A stretch of DNA of 64,000 bases from Leptospira sp. (GTDB lineage: Bacteria > Spirochaetota > Leptospiria > Leptospirales > Leptospiraceae), in NCBI GenBank assembly GCA_034439575.1, contig JAWXAQ010000027.1:192001-256000 (forward strand), read 5' to 3'. The translations under genes and the position numbers were made by a program. How positions within the stretch are numbered: the stretch's first letter is position 1; every line of letters begins with the position of its first letter. The notes beneath the pieces were generated by a model that saw only the letters and a list, made by a program, of their open reading frames with translations, had not been told where the DNA came from and made no database searches. This document shows, piece after piece, positions 49,572 to 61,908 of this stretch.

Positions 49572-52319
49572 GTGAGTCAATCATTGCTTCCTCCCTTAGT
49601 CCAGAAATCGGCAGAAGGTGGATACTTCGTAGCGTCAACGACTGAATTGGTTGACCTATACCATTTTATTTTAAGCCAAGCAAAGCGATTAGTATCTGCA
49701 AAATCAGCTGGCTTTTATTTAAAAAACGAACGTGGTAATTTAACGCGTGTCGGTCTTGTCAAAGATGCACAGTCTTCGGCAAGAATTGCAAAACATGTAT
49801 TTAAAACTCAAAAAAGTTTGCTCCTGAAAAAGGGTGCGCATATCACTGCGAATGCGAATCCTTTAGAAGAATCAGTGATTGCCTGTTATATTGGAGAAGA
49901 GGTCGGCGAACTTTCGTTGGGTGTCTTGGTTATTGAAGGTATAAAACACTTTGATAATTTTTCCGAACAAGACTTAGACCTTATTAATTATTTTTCTTCA
50001 AATTTAACAGCCCTTTTTAAAGACACGATTTATTCCGAAGGTGAAAACCAATTTTTCAATTCCCTTGCGACATCCATACTATTACTTGTTGATAATTCAA
50101 ATATCCATAACAACAACAATCGCCTGCAATACTTTTTGGAAGAAATCATCAGAGTTGCAGTTCTTATCAATACAAGTTTAGACATTGATAAATTATTAGA
50201 AATGGTGATGCATTCTGCAAAATCCGTTTTTAGAACTGAGGCTAGTTCTTTACTTTTGTTAGACGAAAGAAAAGAATATTTAGTTTTTAATACAGTAACT
50301 GGTGATAAAAAAGAAGAAGTTGCCAAGGTAAAAGTGCCAATTGGTCAAGGTATTGCAGGAAATGTAGCGATCACCAAACAACCTATGATCATCAATGATG
50401 CCCAAAATGATCCGAGAGTGTTTCGGGACGTAGACAAGGCATCAAATTTCATCACTCGTAATATTTTGGCGGCCCCCTTGATTGTAGGCGATGAAGTGAT
50501 TGGTGTCATTGAAGCGATCAATACCATAGATAGAAATAATTTTAGCCAAAATGATATAGATTTCTTTTTATCATTTTCTTCTGCTTGTGCTGTCGCCATT
50601 CAAAAGACAACCTTACTCAATAATTTAAACATAGCAAACATTGAACTCAAACAAAAGTTAAGTACTCTCGAATCACTCTTTGAACTTGGGCAAGCAGTTC
50701 TTGAATCCCACGATGAGCTGGGGCTAATGTCTAGGTCTCTTGCCATTCTTTCTAAAGAATTGGATGCGGAAGATGCAGGCATGGTGATCTTTCTGGAAGG
50801 AAAAAAGAAAATCATTCAAGTCTATGCCAGGCAGAATGGAGTGGTTTTTGAATCATTTTATGATGTCACTGAAAGTAATTTAATCCTCAGTTCTATTGAA
50901 TCCAAACAACCTTTACTTGGAACTGTCACACTCGAATTAGCAAATGATTTTTTAGGATTAGAATCCTTTGTGTTAAAAGAATCTTATTTGGTTTTACCCG
51001 TGTCACCGAGCGGAAGTTCATTGAAGGCGGCACTATATGTTTGTGGTAAAAGAAAAAGAACAGGATTTGGGGAAGCTGACCTCCGTATGTTCAAAACGAT
51101 TTCTAGCCCTCTTGCCAAGGCTTACGAAAATTTAAGATTAAACCAGGAAATTATCACAAAAAAATCTATAGAAAAAGAGATTGAGATCACTCGTAATATC
51201 CAGAACAATATTTTACCAAATTCACTTCTTAAGTCTTCCCAATTTGATTTAGGTGTTAAATCAGTTGCCGCCAAGGAAGTGTCAGGTGACTTTTATGATT
51301 TCCATCAATATGGAACCCATAATTTTTCATTTTTAGTTGCTGATGTCTCTGGAAAAAGTTTACCCGCGGCCATTTTTATGGCCATGTCATCTTCGATTAT
51401 TCGTACTCTCTCACGCACAACTGAATTATCACCTTCGGAATTATTAAAAAGAGCCAATCAATTAATATATGAGGATTCCCAGTCAGGGATGTTTGTTACT
51501 TTGTTTTTTGCTAACTTTGATTCGGTGACAAAAAAGATTCGTTTTGCCTCAGCAGGTCACAATGATCAAATTTGGATACGTGCCGATGGAAGTTATGAAT
51601 TATTAAAAGGGAAGGGTGCTCCCCTTGGTGTTGTGCCCGTAGGAAAGTATATCGGTGGCGAAATCGATATGGTCCCAGGCGACATGCTTGTTTTTTATAC
51701 AGATGGTGCGATAGAAGAGAAAAATAAAGAGGACGAAGAATTTGGATTAGATAGACTTATCAGTGAGATCATATCTAGAAGAGATAAAAGTTCCCAAGAA
51801 ATCATCGAAGAAATATATAAAATCATTCGTGAATTTTCCGAAGAATCAGAACAATACGATGACTTTACAGTCATGATCTTAAAATTTCCAGAAACCAATT
51901 CCGAGTTTTATGCCAAAACCTTCCCTGCATTATCTTCGGAAATCCCTAAATTGCGCGATTTTCTTGCAGAAAAATTAAGAGATAAGGTGACAAGAGAACA
52001 TGCTTTCGATGACATACTTGTTTCCCTAGATGAAGCCGCGACAAATATAGTTATGCATGGTTATGCGGGAATTTCAAATGACGAACCGAGCTTTGAATGT
52101 AAAATTCAAATTGAAGGTGAAGTTGCCATTTTCACTCTGGTAGATGAAGCCAAGGCATTTCAAAGGGAATTTGTTCCCACACCTTCTTTAGAGGCAAATT
52201 TAAAAGGGGAAAGACGCGGTGGTTTTGGCGTTTTCTTAATGGAAAAACTAATGGATAAGGTCTCTTATCATTATGATGGCAAAAAGAATTATACCTATTT
52301 AGAAAAGAGGATTATATGA
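49572..52319 (+). CDS. multi-GAF + SpoIIE/PP2C phosphatase + RsbW-like HATPase kinase fusion
   Basis: GAF (GQGIAG, DAQNDPR, VIGVIEAIN), PP2C (VSGDFYD, ADVSGK, SAGH, YTDG, DDFT), HATPase (DEAATNIVMHGY, GGFGVFLM). Confidence 0.9.
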   Translation: MSQSLLPPLVQKSAEGGYFVASTTELVDLYHFILSQAKRLVSAKSAGFYLKNERGNLTRVGLVKDAQSSARIAKHVFKTQKSLLLKKGAHITANANPLEESVIACYIGEEVGELSLGVLVIEGIKHFDNFSEQDLDLINYFSSNLTALFKDTIYSEGENQFFNSLATSILLLVDNSNIHNNNNRLQYFLEEIIRVAVLINTSLDIDKLLEMVMHSAKSVFRTEASSLLLLDERKEYLVFNTVTGDKKEEVAKVKVPIGQGIAGNVAITKQPMIINDAQNDPRVFRDVDKASNFITRNILAAPLIVGDEVIGVIEAINTIDRNNFSQNDIDFFLSFSSACAVAIQKTTLLNNLNIANIELKQKLSTLESLFELGQAVLESHDELGLMSRSLAILSKELDAEDAGMVIFLEGKKKIIQVYARQNGVVFESFYDVTESNLILSSIESKQPLLGTVTLELANDFLGLESFVLKESYLVLPVSPSGSSLKAALYVCGKRKRTGFGEADLRMFKTISSPLAKAYENLRLNQEIITKKSIEKEIEITRNIQNNILPNSLLKSSQFDLGVKSVAAKEVSGDFYDFHQYGTHNFSFLVADVSGKSLPAAIFMAMSSSIIRTLSRTTELSPSELLKRANQLIYEDSQSGMFVTLFFANFDSVTKKIRFASAGHNDQIWIRADGSYELLKGKGAPLGVVPVGKYIGGEIDMVPGDMLVFYTDGAIEEKNKEDEEFGLDRLISEIISRRDKSSQEIIEEIYKIIREFSEESEQYDDFTVMILKFPETNSEFYAKTFPALSSEIPKLRDFLAEKLRDKVTREHAFDDILVSLDEAATNIVMHGYAGISNDEPSFECKIQIEGEVAIFTLVDEAKAFQREFVPTPSLEANLKGERRGGFGVFLMEKLMDKVSYHYDGKKNYTYLEKRII

Positions 52320-52657
52320 GCGAACACACGATTAGTATACGTTCCGAACTTATTGGCGATAAACTTGTCGTTCATTTTCAAGGAAATTTGGACGTTCATA
52401 ATACGCATCAAATTGAACAGGATCTAATGAATATGGTAAAATCGGCTAAGACCTCTATCGTTTTTAATTTAAGCGATGTTCAATTTATATCTTCGGCAGG
52501 ACTTCGGGTGCTTGTGACTTCACTCAGGCTTTGTCAAGATCTAGGTATCAAAATAGCAATTTGTTCGCTTCGACCAGCGGTAGAAAAGGTTTTTGATATC
52601 ATAGGTATGCAACAGTTATTTACCATTCATTCGGATCTGAATGCGGCCCTTTCTTAA
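52316..52657 (+). CDS. STAS-domain anti-sigma-factor antagonist
   Basis: GNLD, VQFISSAGLRVL phospho-Ser motif; ATGA overlap with the upstream gene. Confidence 0.9.
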   Translation: MSEHTISIRSELIGDKLVVHFQGNLDVHNTHQIEQDLMNMVKSAKTSIVFNLSDVQFISSAGLRVLVTSLRLCQDLGIKIAICSLRPAVEKVFDIIGMQQLFTIHSDLNAALS

Positions 52658-52706
52658 AATAAACTTTTCTCAGTGTCAAATATAAAAAAATTGGAAAAAA
52701 CAAACT

Positions 52707-54359
52707 ATGGAAACTAAGTTATACTCTCTAGATAATCCTTTTCAAAACAAAACTTCCTCCGATTCCGAGTTTCCCAAGGGCATTTATGATGATGCATTAA
52801 AACTCGGAAAAGAACTTATCGAAAAACCCGTCTTAGGTGGTGGTGAAGATAGAATTCGAGTTCAACATTCTAAAAACCGAATGACTGTATGGGAACGAAT
52901 CAAAGTTCTTACCGATGCTGAACCAAATATCACATACCAAAACTGGGGTCCAAATTTGGATGGCGCTTCGATAGTTACAGGCATTCTAAATATTGAAGGA
53001 AGAGATGTAGCCGTTTACGGTCATGATTTTACACTTCGCGCAGGTTCCATGGACGCGACTAACGGAAGTAAGCTTGCCCGTTTGATCCTAATGGCAGGTG
53101 AACAGGGAATCCCACTTATCGGTATGAATGATTCAGCGGGAGCCTATGTTCCAGCGGGTGTCGGTGGTCTTGATGGATATTCCGAAGCCTTTACAGCACT
53201 ACGAAAGATCAGTGGTGTTGTTCCTTCCATCATGTTAATGTTTGGTTTCAATGCTGGAGGCGGTGCCTATCTTCCAAGACAAGGATCATTTATGATCCAG
53301 TGTGATAATACATTCTTTGGTCTAACAGGGCCGGGCGTTGTTAAAACTGTGCTTGGTGAAGATATCTCTGCTGAAGATTTGGGTGGACCAAAAGTCCATG
53401 GCCAATCAGGCGTTGTGGACTTGGTGACAAATGATGAGCTTGGTTCTTTACGAACTGCAATTCGTCTTCTTTCTTATTTACCAGATAACAATCGTTCAAA
53501 TGCACCTTTTTATCCAACATCGGATTCATTGGATCGTTTTATCTACGAAGAAGATATTTTGTTCCGTAAAACGTTTAATAGTCCGACAGGAATGAACACT
53601 CCTTTTGACATTACACTTTATCTCCAACAAATTTGTGACCATGGTGAGTTCTTTGAAGTGCAACCGCAAAGAGCTCGTAACATCGTGACGGCCTTTGGTC
53701 GGATCGGTGGTCATGTAGTGGGTTTTCTTGCCAACAATTCGGCAGTGTCTTCCGGTCAAATAGACATTGGGGCTTCTAGAAAAGGGACTCGTTTCGTTCG
53801 GTTTTGCAATTTGTACAATATTCCTATGGTGTTTGTAGAAGATACGACAGGATTTTTACCAGGTCGCGACCAAGAACATAATGGAATCGTTTTGGAAGGT
53901 CGTAAATTATTGGATTCGATTATTGATTTACGAACACCTAGATTAACTTTGATTATACGAAATGCTTTTGGTGGGGCTTATGCGACATTTAACTCGTATT
54001 TTACGGGAGCATCTGCGGTATTCGCATTGCCAACCGCAAGAATTGCCGTAATGGGACCTGCGGGAAAAGAATATGTATACAAAGATGAAATCACAAATAT
54101 CCAAAAGGAATACCTAGCTAATTTAAAAAGTGGTAAAAATGAAAAGGACGCTATTTCCATTCGCGATGCAAAACTTTTAGTGATTAACCAAAAGTATGAA
54201 AAAGAACTTATGAATCCAAAAGAAGCTCTTTCACTTGGATCTGTTTCTTCCATCATCCTACCAGGTTATACTCGTAAGGTGCTTGCAAAAAATCTAAATT
54301 TCTTAATGTCAAAATATAAACCCGCTCCAATGGGCGGCCCTCAAAGGGAGTTTGAGTAA
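52707..54359 (+). CDS. acyl-CoA carboxylase carboxyltransferase subunit
   Basis: [46 protein letters not shown]. Confidence 0.9.
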   Translation: METKLYSLDNPFQNKTSSDSEFPKGIYDDALKLGKELIEKPVLGGGEDRIRVQHSKNRMTVWERIKVLTDAEPNITYQNWGPNLDGASIVTGILNIEGRDVAVYGHDFTLRAGSMDATNGSKLARLILMAGEQGIPLIGMNDSAGAYVPAGVGGLDGYSEAFTALRKISGVVPSIMLMFGFNAGGGAYLPRQGSFMIQCDNTFFGLTGPGVVKTVLGEDISAEDLGGPKVHGQSGVVDLVTNDELGSLRTAIRLLSYLPDNNRSNAPFYPTSDSLDRFIYEEDILFRKTFNSPTGMNTPFDITLYLQQICDHGEFFEVQPQRARNIVTAFGRIGGHVVGFLANNSAVSSGQIDIGASRKGTRFVRFCNLYNIPMVFVEDTTGFLPGRDQEHNGIVLEGRKLLDSIIDLRTPRLTLIIRNAFGGAYATFNSYFTGASAVFALPTARIAVMGPAGKEYVYKDEITNIQKEYLANLKSGKNEKDAISIRDAKLLVINQKYEKELMNPKEALSLGSVSSIILPGYTRKVLAKNLNFLMSKYKPAPMGGPQREFE

Positions 54360-54364
54360 ATCCT

Positions 54365-57118
54365 ATGCTCGACAAAAATTTCAACCGTTTAAAATTTCAA
54401 GAATCGAATTCCGAGTGGATTAGATCGTTTTCCGTAGATTCTATAAAATGTCTTATCGTTTGCCGAGGCCCTGTGCGTAAAGAAACGATGGATGTCTTTG
54501 ACCTAATTGGCGTTAAAGAATATGGAATTTTACTTTCTGAAAAGGATTCCATTGTTTATCCAAAAGCACTGGCACCTGAATTAAGAAATTTTAGATTTCC
54601 AGAAAATGTGCACCGAGTCCCAGATTATATGGGTGCCGGGAAAGAAGAAAAAGAACAAAGAATTAAACAAATTATTTCGATCGCAAAAGACAATGGTTAT
54701 ACGCACCTTTTTGCTGGTTATGGATTTATGGCAGAGGATGCCGAGTTTATAGAAGCCATTGAAGATTCTGGTCTAACGTTTATGGGCCCAAGTTCACATG
54801 TTGCTAAGGGAGCAGGGGCTAAGGACGAAGCAAAAAAATTGGCTCGGTCTTTGAAAGTTTCTGTCACTCCTGGTGTAGATAATATCACTGCGCTTGCACT
54901 TGTTCGTAAAGTTGGAAACAAAGATGGCCTTTTAAAAATTGCAAAAGATAACCAAATTGATTTCAAATTTAATGATTCCTTAAGTATCGAAGACAATGCG
55001 GAACTCCTTCTCCAATTGTCTTATGAAAAAACAGTAGACCTAACATCGATTCCAGATTTGCAAAAAGAATCGCATATCCTATGTGAAGATATTTGGAAAC
55101 AATATCCTGGTAAGAGGATTCGTTTTAAATATATTGGTGGTGGTGGCGGTAAAGGCCAAAGAGTCATCAATGAAAAATCGCAAATTGATGCAGCAGTAAT
55201 GGAAATTTTAGCCGAGTCTAAAGTAACAGCTATTGGTTCAAACAGAAATTTCCTTATCGAATTAAATATTGAAAATACAAGACACAATGAAATTCAAATG
55301 ATAGGAAATGGTGAGTGGTCACTGTCCCTTGGTGGACGTGATTGTTCTTTGCAAATGCATGAACAGAAGTTACTCGAAATTTCCCTAACGCAAGAATTAT
55401 TAGAGAAAGAAGCGAATGCAGTTAAGTCCTCTAATCCGAAAAAAGCTGAAATTCTCCTGAAAGATTTAGAAACCTTAAAGGATATGGAACATCAGGCGGA
55501 AGTATTCGGAAAAGCCATTCGTTTGAATAGTGTATCTACTTTCGAGTGTATAGTGGAAGGTAATAGCTTTTTCTTTATGGAAGTCAATACGCGCATCCAA
55601 GTGGAACATAGGGTCACTGAGATGGTTTACCAGCTAAAGTTTGTTAATCCTTCTGATCCAAATGACTATTTTTATGTAGATTCCCTTGTTGAAGCTATGG
55701 CCATTTTGTCCATTCACGCAAAAAGAGTTCCAAAACCGGAAAGAATTCTTCGTAATGTTTCGGGTGCAGAAGTGAGAATTAACGCCACTAACCGCGCCTT
55801 ACAGCCACATGCGGGTGGTATCATTCAAAACTGGTCAAAACCGGTTGAAGGTGAAATTCGTGATGACCAAGGCATTTGCACTCGCAATCCAGATACTGGT
55901 GCCTTTGTTCACTACAACCTTGCTGGAGCCTATGATTCAAATGTGGCGCTAATTGTGAGTTATGGGGAAGACAGAACACACAATTTAGAGATTTTGGGGA
56001 ACATACTTCGTAAAACTGTGTTACGTGGTCAAAACCTAGAAACAAATCTACTTGTTCATTATGGATTGATACAATGGATTTTAGGTAAGGACTCCATGTT
56101 TAAACCATCTACTGCGTTTATGATTTCCTATCTAGCAGGCATTGGTTCTTTACAAGCGATCATAAACGATATAGATTTAGAATATCTTTGGAGCGAAAAA
56201 GTCAAAAAAGCTGATCCTGAATTGAAGAAAGTTTTGTCAAAAAAGCTTACTCTTGTTCTACGACCAATTGAAAAGCTCTTAGCAAATCCTCATGTATTGG
56301 GTGGTTTTTTAGGTTATTATGATGGTAAATTGTGGGATAAAAAGAATGGAAAATTATCTTTCTCTGAAAATCCTATTAACTTCTTAGAAAAACTTTACTA
56401 TTACCTAAATCTGGAGGACGTAAGTACAAAGCCTCCTTCTGAAAAAATTTGGGATCACGATCTTAAGCTTTTAACAAATGCCAAGGCTTTTTATTCCGAA
56501 TTACAATCGCGTTTGGGTATTACTAGCTGGATTGATTTAGATGAAATACTAAAGTCTTCCAAAAATCCAAAACCGGGAGCCATTTCAGATGTAGAATGGA
56601 GCTCTTCACTTGCCGCTCACAATGGATTTCAAGCGGGACTAGAGGTTCTTCTCATCATTCCTAATTTAGGAATCAAATCAAATTTCTTTGAATTAGGAAT
56701 GGATAACAATTTGGAAGGTGTGATTCCTGAAGCATTCAAAAAAGCAGAAACTCGTGATGCTTTGATTAAAACTTTAAATCCACCTCCAAAAATGAGCGGA
56801 GATGAAATTGTTGCCCCAATGGGTGGAATGTTCTATTCAAAAGAAGCACCTAACTTACCTGCAATCATTGAAGAAGGACAAAGATTTGTAGCGGGCCAGC
56901 CTTTATTCATTATTGAAGTTATGAAAATGTTCAATAAAATACTTGCGCCTGTTAGTGGTACTGTTGTGAAAAATCTTATGGTGGATTCGGATGGAAAAAT
57001 CGTTACAAAAGGACTGCCAATTTTTAAAATTAAGCCTGACGAAATTTTAAAAGAGGAAACGCCGGAAGAAATCCGCCTTCGAATGATTAAAGTTACAACG
57101 GAGATTTCTACTTTTTAA
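54365..57118 (+). CDS. biotin carboxylase fused to biotin carboxyl carrier domain
   Basis: [38 protein letters not shown]-terminal EVMKM biotinylation motif. Confidence 0.9.
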   Translation: MLDKNFNRLKFQESNSEWIRSFSVDSIKCLIVCRGPVRKETMDVFDLIGVKEYGILLSEKDSIVYPKALAPELRNFRFPENVHRVPDYMGAGKEEKEQRIKQIISIAKDNGYTHLFAGYGFMAEDAEFIEAIEDSGLTFMGPSSHVAKGAGAKDEAKKLARSLKVSVTPGVDNITALALVRKVGNKDGLLKIAKDNQIDFKFNDSLSIEDNAELLLQLSYEKTVDLTSIPDLQKESHILCEDIWKQYPGKRIRFKYIGGGGGKGQRVINEKSQIDAAVMEILAESKVTAIGSNRNFLIELNIENTRHNEIQMIGNGEWSLSLGGRDCSLQMHEQKLLEISLTQELLEKEANAVKSSNPKKAEILLKDLETLKDMEHQAEVFGKAIRLNSVSTFECIVEGNSFFFMEVNTRIQVEHRVTEMVYQLKFVNPSDPNDYFYVDSLVEAMAILSIHAKRVPKPERILRNVSGAEVRINATNRALQPHAGGIIQNWSKPVEGEIRDDQGICTRNPDTGAFVHYNLAGAYDSNVALIVSYGEDRTHNLEILGNILRKTVLRGQNLETNLLVHYGLIQWILGKDSMFKPSTAFMISYLAGIGSLQAIINDIDLEYLWSEKVKKADPELKKVLSKKLTLVLRPIEKLLANPHVLGGFLGYYDGKLWDKKNGKLSFSENPINFLEKLYYYLNLEDVSTKPPSEKIWDHDLKLLTNAKAFYSELQSRLGITSWIDLDEILKSSKNPKPGAISDVEWSSSLAAHNGFQAGLEVLLIIPNLGIKSNFFELGMDNNLEGVIPEAFKKAETRDALIKTLNPPPKMSGDEIVAPMGGMFYSKEAPNLPAIIEEGQRFVAGQPLFIIEVMKMFNKILAPVSGTVVKNLMVDSDGKIVTKGLPIFKIKPDEILKEETPEEIRLRMIKVTTEISTF

Positions 57119-58161
57119 GTATAACCGACGATTGCTTTATGCATTTCGCGGAGTGGTAGGACGTTATCTGCTGCTCCGCGTTTGATTGCCTCTTTCGGCA
57201 TACCAAAAACTACACAAGATTCTTCGCTTTGGGCGAAGGTACCTGACCCTGATTCTTTCATTTCTAATAGTCCAGCCGCACCATCATCACCCATACCTGT
57301 CAAAATGATACCGCGTGCATTTTTCCCTGAATTTTTAGCAACAGAACGAAATAAGACATCCACAGACGGACGGTGACGATTGACTAAAGGTCCATCTTTA
57401 ATTTCTATAAAATACTGCGCTCCAGATCGTTTTACTTGCATATGTTTATTGCCAGGAGCAATGAGAGCAAGGCCTGGTGTGACTCGGTCCCCATCTTTAC
57501 CTTCACGCACATCGATTTCGCAAATGCTATTTAATCTTTTGGCAAATGCTTCGGTAAATTTTTCAGGCATATGTTGGACAATGACGATTCCTGGAGTTTT
57601 ATCTCTAGGTAATTTCATTAGTATTTCTTCCAAGGCAATCGTGCCTCCAGTGGATGTTCCGATGGCGACTATTTTTTCTGTAGCTTTGATCTGAGAAATA
57701 TCTGTCTGGATTTTGATTTTTTCTACATGAGTGAGAGTGCGTGGTGTCATTCTACTTAAAATAGTTTCAGAGGCTCCAATGACTGCATCCACAAGTACCA
57801 TGGACGTTTCATTTAAAAAATCTTTTAAACCTACTTTTGGTTTGGTGATGATTTCGACGGCACCGAGAGATAATGCCATGAGTGCTGTGTCAGATCCTTC
57901 TTCTGTTAAAGTTGAGCAGATAACGATAGGAGTCGGCCTTTCTGACATTATTTTTTTTAAGAAAGTGATTCCATCCATTCTTGGCATTTCGATATCTAAA
58001 ACAATCACATCTGGCCAATTTGAATTCATTTTTTCCATTGCAAATATGGGATCGGAGGCACTTCCTAAAAATTGAAAATGTGGATCTTTTGAAAATATGT
58101 CAGTTAATACTTGTCTGACGACAGCAGAATCATCGACTACAAATACTTTAATTTTTCTCAT
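57115..58161 (-). CDS. cheB: chemotaxis methylesterase CheB
   Basis: receiver domain [38 protein letters not shown]. Confidence 0.96.
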   Translation of the reverse strand: MRKIKVFVVDDSAVVRQVLTDIFSKDPHFQFLGSASDPIFAMEKMNSNWPDVIVLDIEMPRMDGITFLKKIMSERPTPIVICSTLTEEGSDTALMALSLGAVEIITKPKVGLKDFLNETSMVLVDAVIGASETILSRMTPRTLTHVEKIKIQTDISQIKATEKIVAIGTSTGGTIALEEILMKLPRDKTPGIVIVQHMPEKFTEAFAKRLNSICEIDVREGKDGDRVTPGLALIAPGNKHMQVKRSGAQYFIEIKDGPLVNRHRPSVDVLFRSVAKNSGKNARGIILTGMGDDGAAGLLEMKESGSGTFAQSEESCVVFGMPKEAIKRGAADNVLPLREMHKAIVGYT

Positions 58162-58679
58162 GCATTTTCATGGTGTGTTTCTAACCAAACTTCACCATCC
58201 CAAATTGTAAAAAAAACCTTTCTGTGCCCATTGCCACCAGTATTTTCAGAAGTGATTTTTACAGAGTGTTCATTTAAAATATCTTTTGCGAATTGGATAT
58301 TTTTCATACCGACTAACATTGAATTGCTAGCCGAAATTTCATCTACAAGGCTACGTTCAACTTTTGAAAACATATTTGAACCTCCAAAAATTTTTGCTTG
58401 GTAATCCGAGATCGGGGTGTGATTTACTTTTGTTGATTTTAAAAAATAATTAAATGCCTCATCACCGTATTTACCTTCTAAACCAGGCGAAATAGGTTTA
58501 TCTGATTTATGCGAAAGGAGGTAATGGCACATCCCTCCGATATGTAATTTTGGATGCCATAAGATAATGGAAACACAGGATCCAAGCAAAGTTCGGACTC
58601 GGACATTTGGACCACCAAAGTAAAGTTCGCCGGGATTTAAATAAATATCCTTAACTTCTTTTGGTGGCGCTAGAGTCAT
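58158..58679 (-). CDS. cheD: chemoreceptor glutamine deamidase CheD
   Basis: [29 protein letters not shown]. Confidence 0.92.
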   Translation of the reverse strand: MTLAPPKEVKDIYLNPGELYFGGPNVRVRTLLGSCVSIILWHPKLHIGGMCHYLLSHKSDKPISPGLEGKYGDEAFNYFLKSTKVNHTPISDYQAKIFGGSNMFSKVERSLVDEISASNSMLVGMKNIQFAKDILNEHSVKITSENTGGNGHRKVFFTIWDGEVWLETHHENA

Positions 58680-59170
58680 ATTTCGCTAGTTTGTGCTGAT
58701 AAATTTGCACTTTCTTGTAAAGTAGCTAACTCATCTAAATTTAGAATTTGCTCAATATTTAAAAGAATTACAAATTTTTCATCTACCTTTCCGATACCTT
58801 GCATAAAATCTAATCGTATTTTGGCTCCAAAACTTGGTGCATTTTCTACTTTATCAGGAAGGATATCAACAACCTCATTTACTGCATCTACAAGTAGACC
58901 GACATCTATGGATTCTTTTTCTAAAGCTACTTCCGTAATGATAATACATGTTTTGCGACCAAATTCGGTTTTACGTTTGTAAAACCTATGATTCAAATCG
59001 ATAACAGGTACAACATTGCCACGAAGATTGATGACACCAGGAATGTATTCTGGCATCATCGGCACATGCGTGACTGATTCAAATTCAATGATTTCTTTGA
59101 TATGTAATATCCCAATACCAAAAGTTTCATTTGAAATTAGGAAAGTTAAAAATTGTATTTCTTGCAACAT
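58676..59170 (-). CDS. cheW: chemotaxis coupling protein CheW
   Basis: FLTF, GVINLRGNVVPVIDL, GLLVDAVNEV. Confidence 0.95.
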   Translation of the reverse strand: MLQEIQFLTFLISNETFGIGILHIKEIIEFESVTHVPMMPEYIPGVINLRGNVVPVIDLNHRFYKRKTEFGRKTCIIITEVALEKESIDVGLLVDAVNEVVDILPDKVENAPSFGAKIRLDFMQGIGKVDEKFVILLNIEQILNLDELATLQESANLSAQTSEI

Positions 59171-59181
59171 ATTTAACCTAC

Positions 59182-61896
59182 CTAAAATTTTTGAAACTTA
59201 TCATGATTCTCACCAGTTGTTGATAATCTAGATCCTGGATTTTGTTTTGAAACTGGAGTTCTCGTCGGTTGAATTTTTTTTGCATTTGATTGCGTAACAC
59301 TTTGTGCTACTTTAAAAAAACTTATTGAACCGAGCAATTGTTCGGCGCGAGCTTTTAATTCTTCGGCAATGGCAGCTAATTCCTCTGAGGCGGAGGCACT
59401 TTGTTGTGAAACTTGGTCGAGTTGCGACATAGCCTTATTCACCTCATTGACACCAGAGGATTGTTCTTGACTAGCAGCTGCTATTTCTTGTACCAAGTCA
59501 GCGGTTTTGTTAATAGCTGGCACAATTTCTTCGATTAGTTTACCGGCCGCTTCTGCGATTTGAACGGAACCACCAGCAAGGGAACCAATTTCATTTGCTG
59601 ATTTCTGACTTCTTTCTGCTAGTTTTCGCACTTCTGAAGCGACAACGGCAAAACCTTTCCCATGTTCACCGGCACGAGCCGCTTCAATAGCGGCATTTAA
59701 TGCCAGTAAGTTGGTTTGATAGGCGATATCTTCTATGATGGATATTTTATCAGCAATCTCTTTCATGGCAGAGACTGTATTTTTTACTGCTTCTCCACCT
59801 TGTTTTGCTTCTCTGGCTGATTTTGTCGCAATGGAATCGGTTTGTTTTGCATTTTCTGCATTTTGATCAATAGATGCTCCCATTTCTTCGAGGGATGCTG
59901 TTGTTTCTTCAACAGAAGCTGCCTGTTCACTAGCACCTTGAGATAATGTGCCAGCAGTGGAAGATACTTCTTCTGCCGCATTGACTAGGGCATCCGTATT
60001 CAATTTTACTTCGTCTATGATTTTGATTAACGTTTTTGTCGTGTTGTTAAATGAATCACGAAGTTTCGCAAAACCAAAATCGTATTCGTTTTGAATTTGT
60101 GCTGTGAGATCACCAGCTTCTAATGCGGATAGTCCTACAACTAAATCTTCTACGATTCGATTTGTTTCTATTGATAATTTTTTCTGATCAGTAATATCAG
60201 TTGCAAATTTGATAACTTTGTAAGGTTTTCCATTAAAATCCAATATAGGATTGTATGTTGCCTGTAACCAAACTTCTCTTCCACCTTTTCCTATTCTTTT
60301 ATATTCAGCAGTTTGAAATTCGCCACGATTTAAAGCGGCCCAAAATTGACGGTATTCTTCCGAATTTACTAACGAAGGTTCAGCGAACATACGGTGATGT
60401 TGACCTTGTATTTCATTTAGAGAATAGCCCATAGTTTGTAGGAAAATATCATTGGCAGTGATTATTGAGCCATCCATATTAAATTGAATGGTCGCTTGCG
60501 ATTTACTGATAGCTTGGATTTGACCTTCATAATCCAAATTCTTCTTTTTCTGATCAGTGACATCACTTGCAAATTTAATAACTTTATAAGGTTTACCTTG
60601 TGTATCAATGATGGGTGTATAAGTAGCTTGGAGCCAGACTTCTCGGCCACCTTTTGCGATTCGTTTGTATTCAGAAGTTTGAAATTCCCCTCGGTTTAAA
60701 GAAGCCCAGAATTGACGATACTGTTCAGTATTAACTTCATTAGGATCCACGAACATTCTGTGGTGTTGGCCTTTAATCTCTGTTAGACTGTAGCCAATCG
60801 TTTTTAAGAAATTTTCATTAGCTGTTTCTATTGTTCCATCCATTTTGAATTCAATGGTCGCCTGAGATTTATCTATAGCTTTTTGATTAGCATTTTTTTC
60901 TGTAGAATCTGCCCACTCAACAACACTTCCTAATCTTTCACCTGATTCAGTGATGATGGGATTGGCAATTAAATCAAATTCACGATTTCCGATTTTGATA
61001 CTACTTCTAAATTCAGAAGTGAATGTACTTAACAATCTTCTTTGATGGCTTGGATCTTTATGATAACTATCTATATTGCTATTCATTAATTTACCTAATG
61101 AAAAGTGTGTCAGCTGTGTTTTGATGTCCATCTCAGATTTGGCAAACATAGATTGTATCGCTTTGTTCATATAATTAACGTTCAGATCTTTGTCCGCCAT
61201 CATGATGTTAGTAGAAACATTGTCGAGTGCGCTTTTAATAATTTTGTTCATCTTATCTTGCTTTTGATAGATATGAAAGATGTAGTAGGTGAAAAGAAAA
61301 AAGATAAGAGAAAATAAAATCGAACTGCCAAGAATTAAATAATAAGGACTTTCGGAAGTTGTCGAAGATTCCAGTGAATTTGCTGGGCTAAATTTAGATT
61401 TTTCATTCAATATAAATTTAACTTGCGAAGATATCGATTCAATAAGTTTAGTTTTGAATTTTTCTTTTTTGATTAATTTATCTTCTTCAGTTAATATTTC
61501 AGTCGCTAACGAAAGTGATGTGGATGTTATTGAATTTTGAGTTTCAATGAATTCATTCCAATCATTAGTAGCTTTTTCGTTGGGTTCAATTTTTTTAAAT
61601 TCTGTGACCAGATTTTTCATCTCTTCGCTTATATCTTTTATTCTTTTGTTGAAAGATTGTGAATCTTCATTCGTCTGAGAAAAGATTAAAGAATCAATAT
61701 TTGATTGAAGCAAAAAAAGTTTTTCGGTAATTTGTGTGAGGATTTTTTCTTTTTGTCCAATGGATTTTTGATTTAACAAATTGATATCAGAGACCTGGTC
61801 AATTTTATGAACCGAGGCAAATGATATCCAAATTGTATATCCGATTGTAAGAACCGAAAGTAAGGTTAGTTTGGTTCCGATAGTAAAATTTTTCAT
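59182..61896 (-). CDS. methyl-accepting chemotaxis protein with two TM helices, three PAS domains and a C-terminal pentapeptide
   Basis: [40 protein letters not shown] signalling tip; three PAS domains; ends KFQKF. Confidence 0.95.
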   Translation of the reverse strand: MKNFTIGTKLTLLSVLTIGYTIWISFASVHKIDQVSDINLLNQKSIGQKEKILTQITEKLFLLQSNIDSLIFSQTNEDSQSFNKRIKDISEEMKNLVTEFKKIEPNEKATNDWNEFIETQNSITSTSLSLATEILTEEDKLIKKEKFKTKLIESISSQVKFILNEKSKFSPANSLESSTTSESPYYLILGSSILFSLIFFLFTYYIFHIYQKQDKMNKIIKSALDNVSTNIMMADKDLNVNYMNKAIQSMFAKSEMDIKTQLTHFSLGKLMNSNIDSYHKDPSHQRRLLSTFTSEFRSSIKIGNREFDLIANPIITESGERLGSVVEWADSTEKNANQKAIDKSQATIEFKMDGTIETANENFLKTIGYSLTEIKGQHHRMFVDPNEVNTEQYRQFWASLNRGEFQTSEYKRIAKGGREVWLQATYTPIIDTQGKPYKVIKFASDVTDQKKKNLDYEGQIQAISKSQATIQFNMDGSIITANDIFLQTMGYSLNEIQGQHHRMFAEPSLVNSEEYRQFWAALNRGEFQTAEYKRIGKGGREVWLQATYNPILDFNGKPYKVIKFATDITDQKKLSIETNRIVEDLVVGLSALEAGDLTAQIQNEYDFGFAKLRDSFNNTTKTLIKIIDEVKLNTDALVNAAEEVSSTAGTLSQGASEQAASVEETTASLEEMGASIDQNAENAKQTDSIATKSAREAKQGGEAVKNTVSAMKEIADKISIIEDIAYQTNLLALNAAIEAARAGEHGKGFAVVASEVRKLAERSQKSANEIGSLAGGSVQIAEAAGKLIEEIVPAINKTADLVQEIAAASQEQSSGVNEVNKAMSQLDQVSQQSASASEELAAIAEELKARAEQLLGSISFFKVAQSVTQSNAKKIQPTRTPVSKQNPGSRLSTTGENHDKFQKF
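60184..60885 (-). repeat. intragenic tandem duplication of a PAS domain (366-bp period)
   Basis: two near-identical units SQATI.F.MDG...GQHHRMF...[32 protein letters not shown]...[10 protein letters not shown]. Confidence 0.85.
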
Positions 61897-61908
61897 AGTA
61901 TCCTCATT

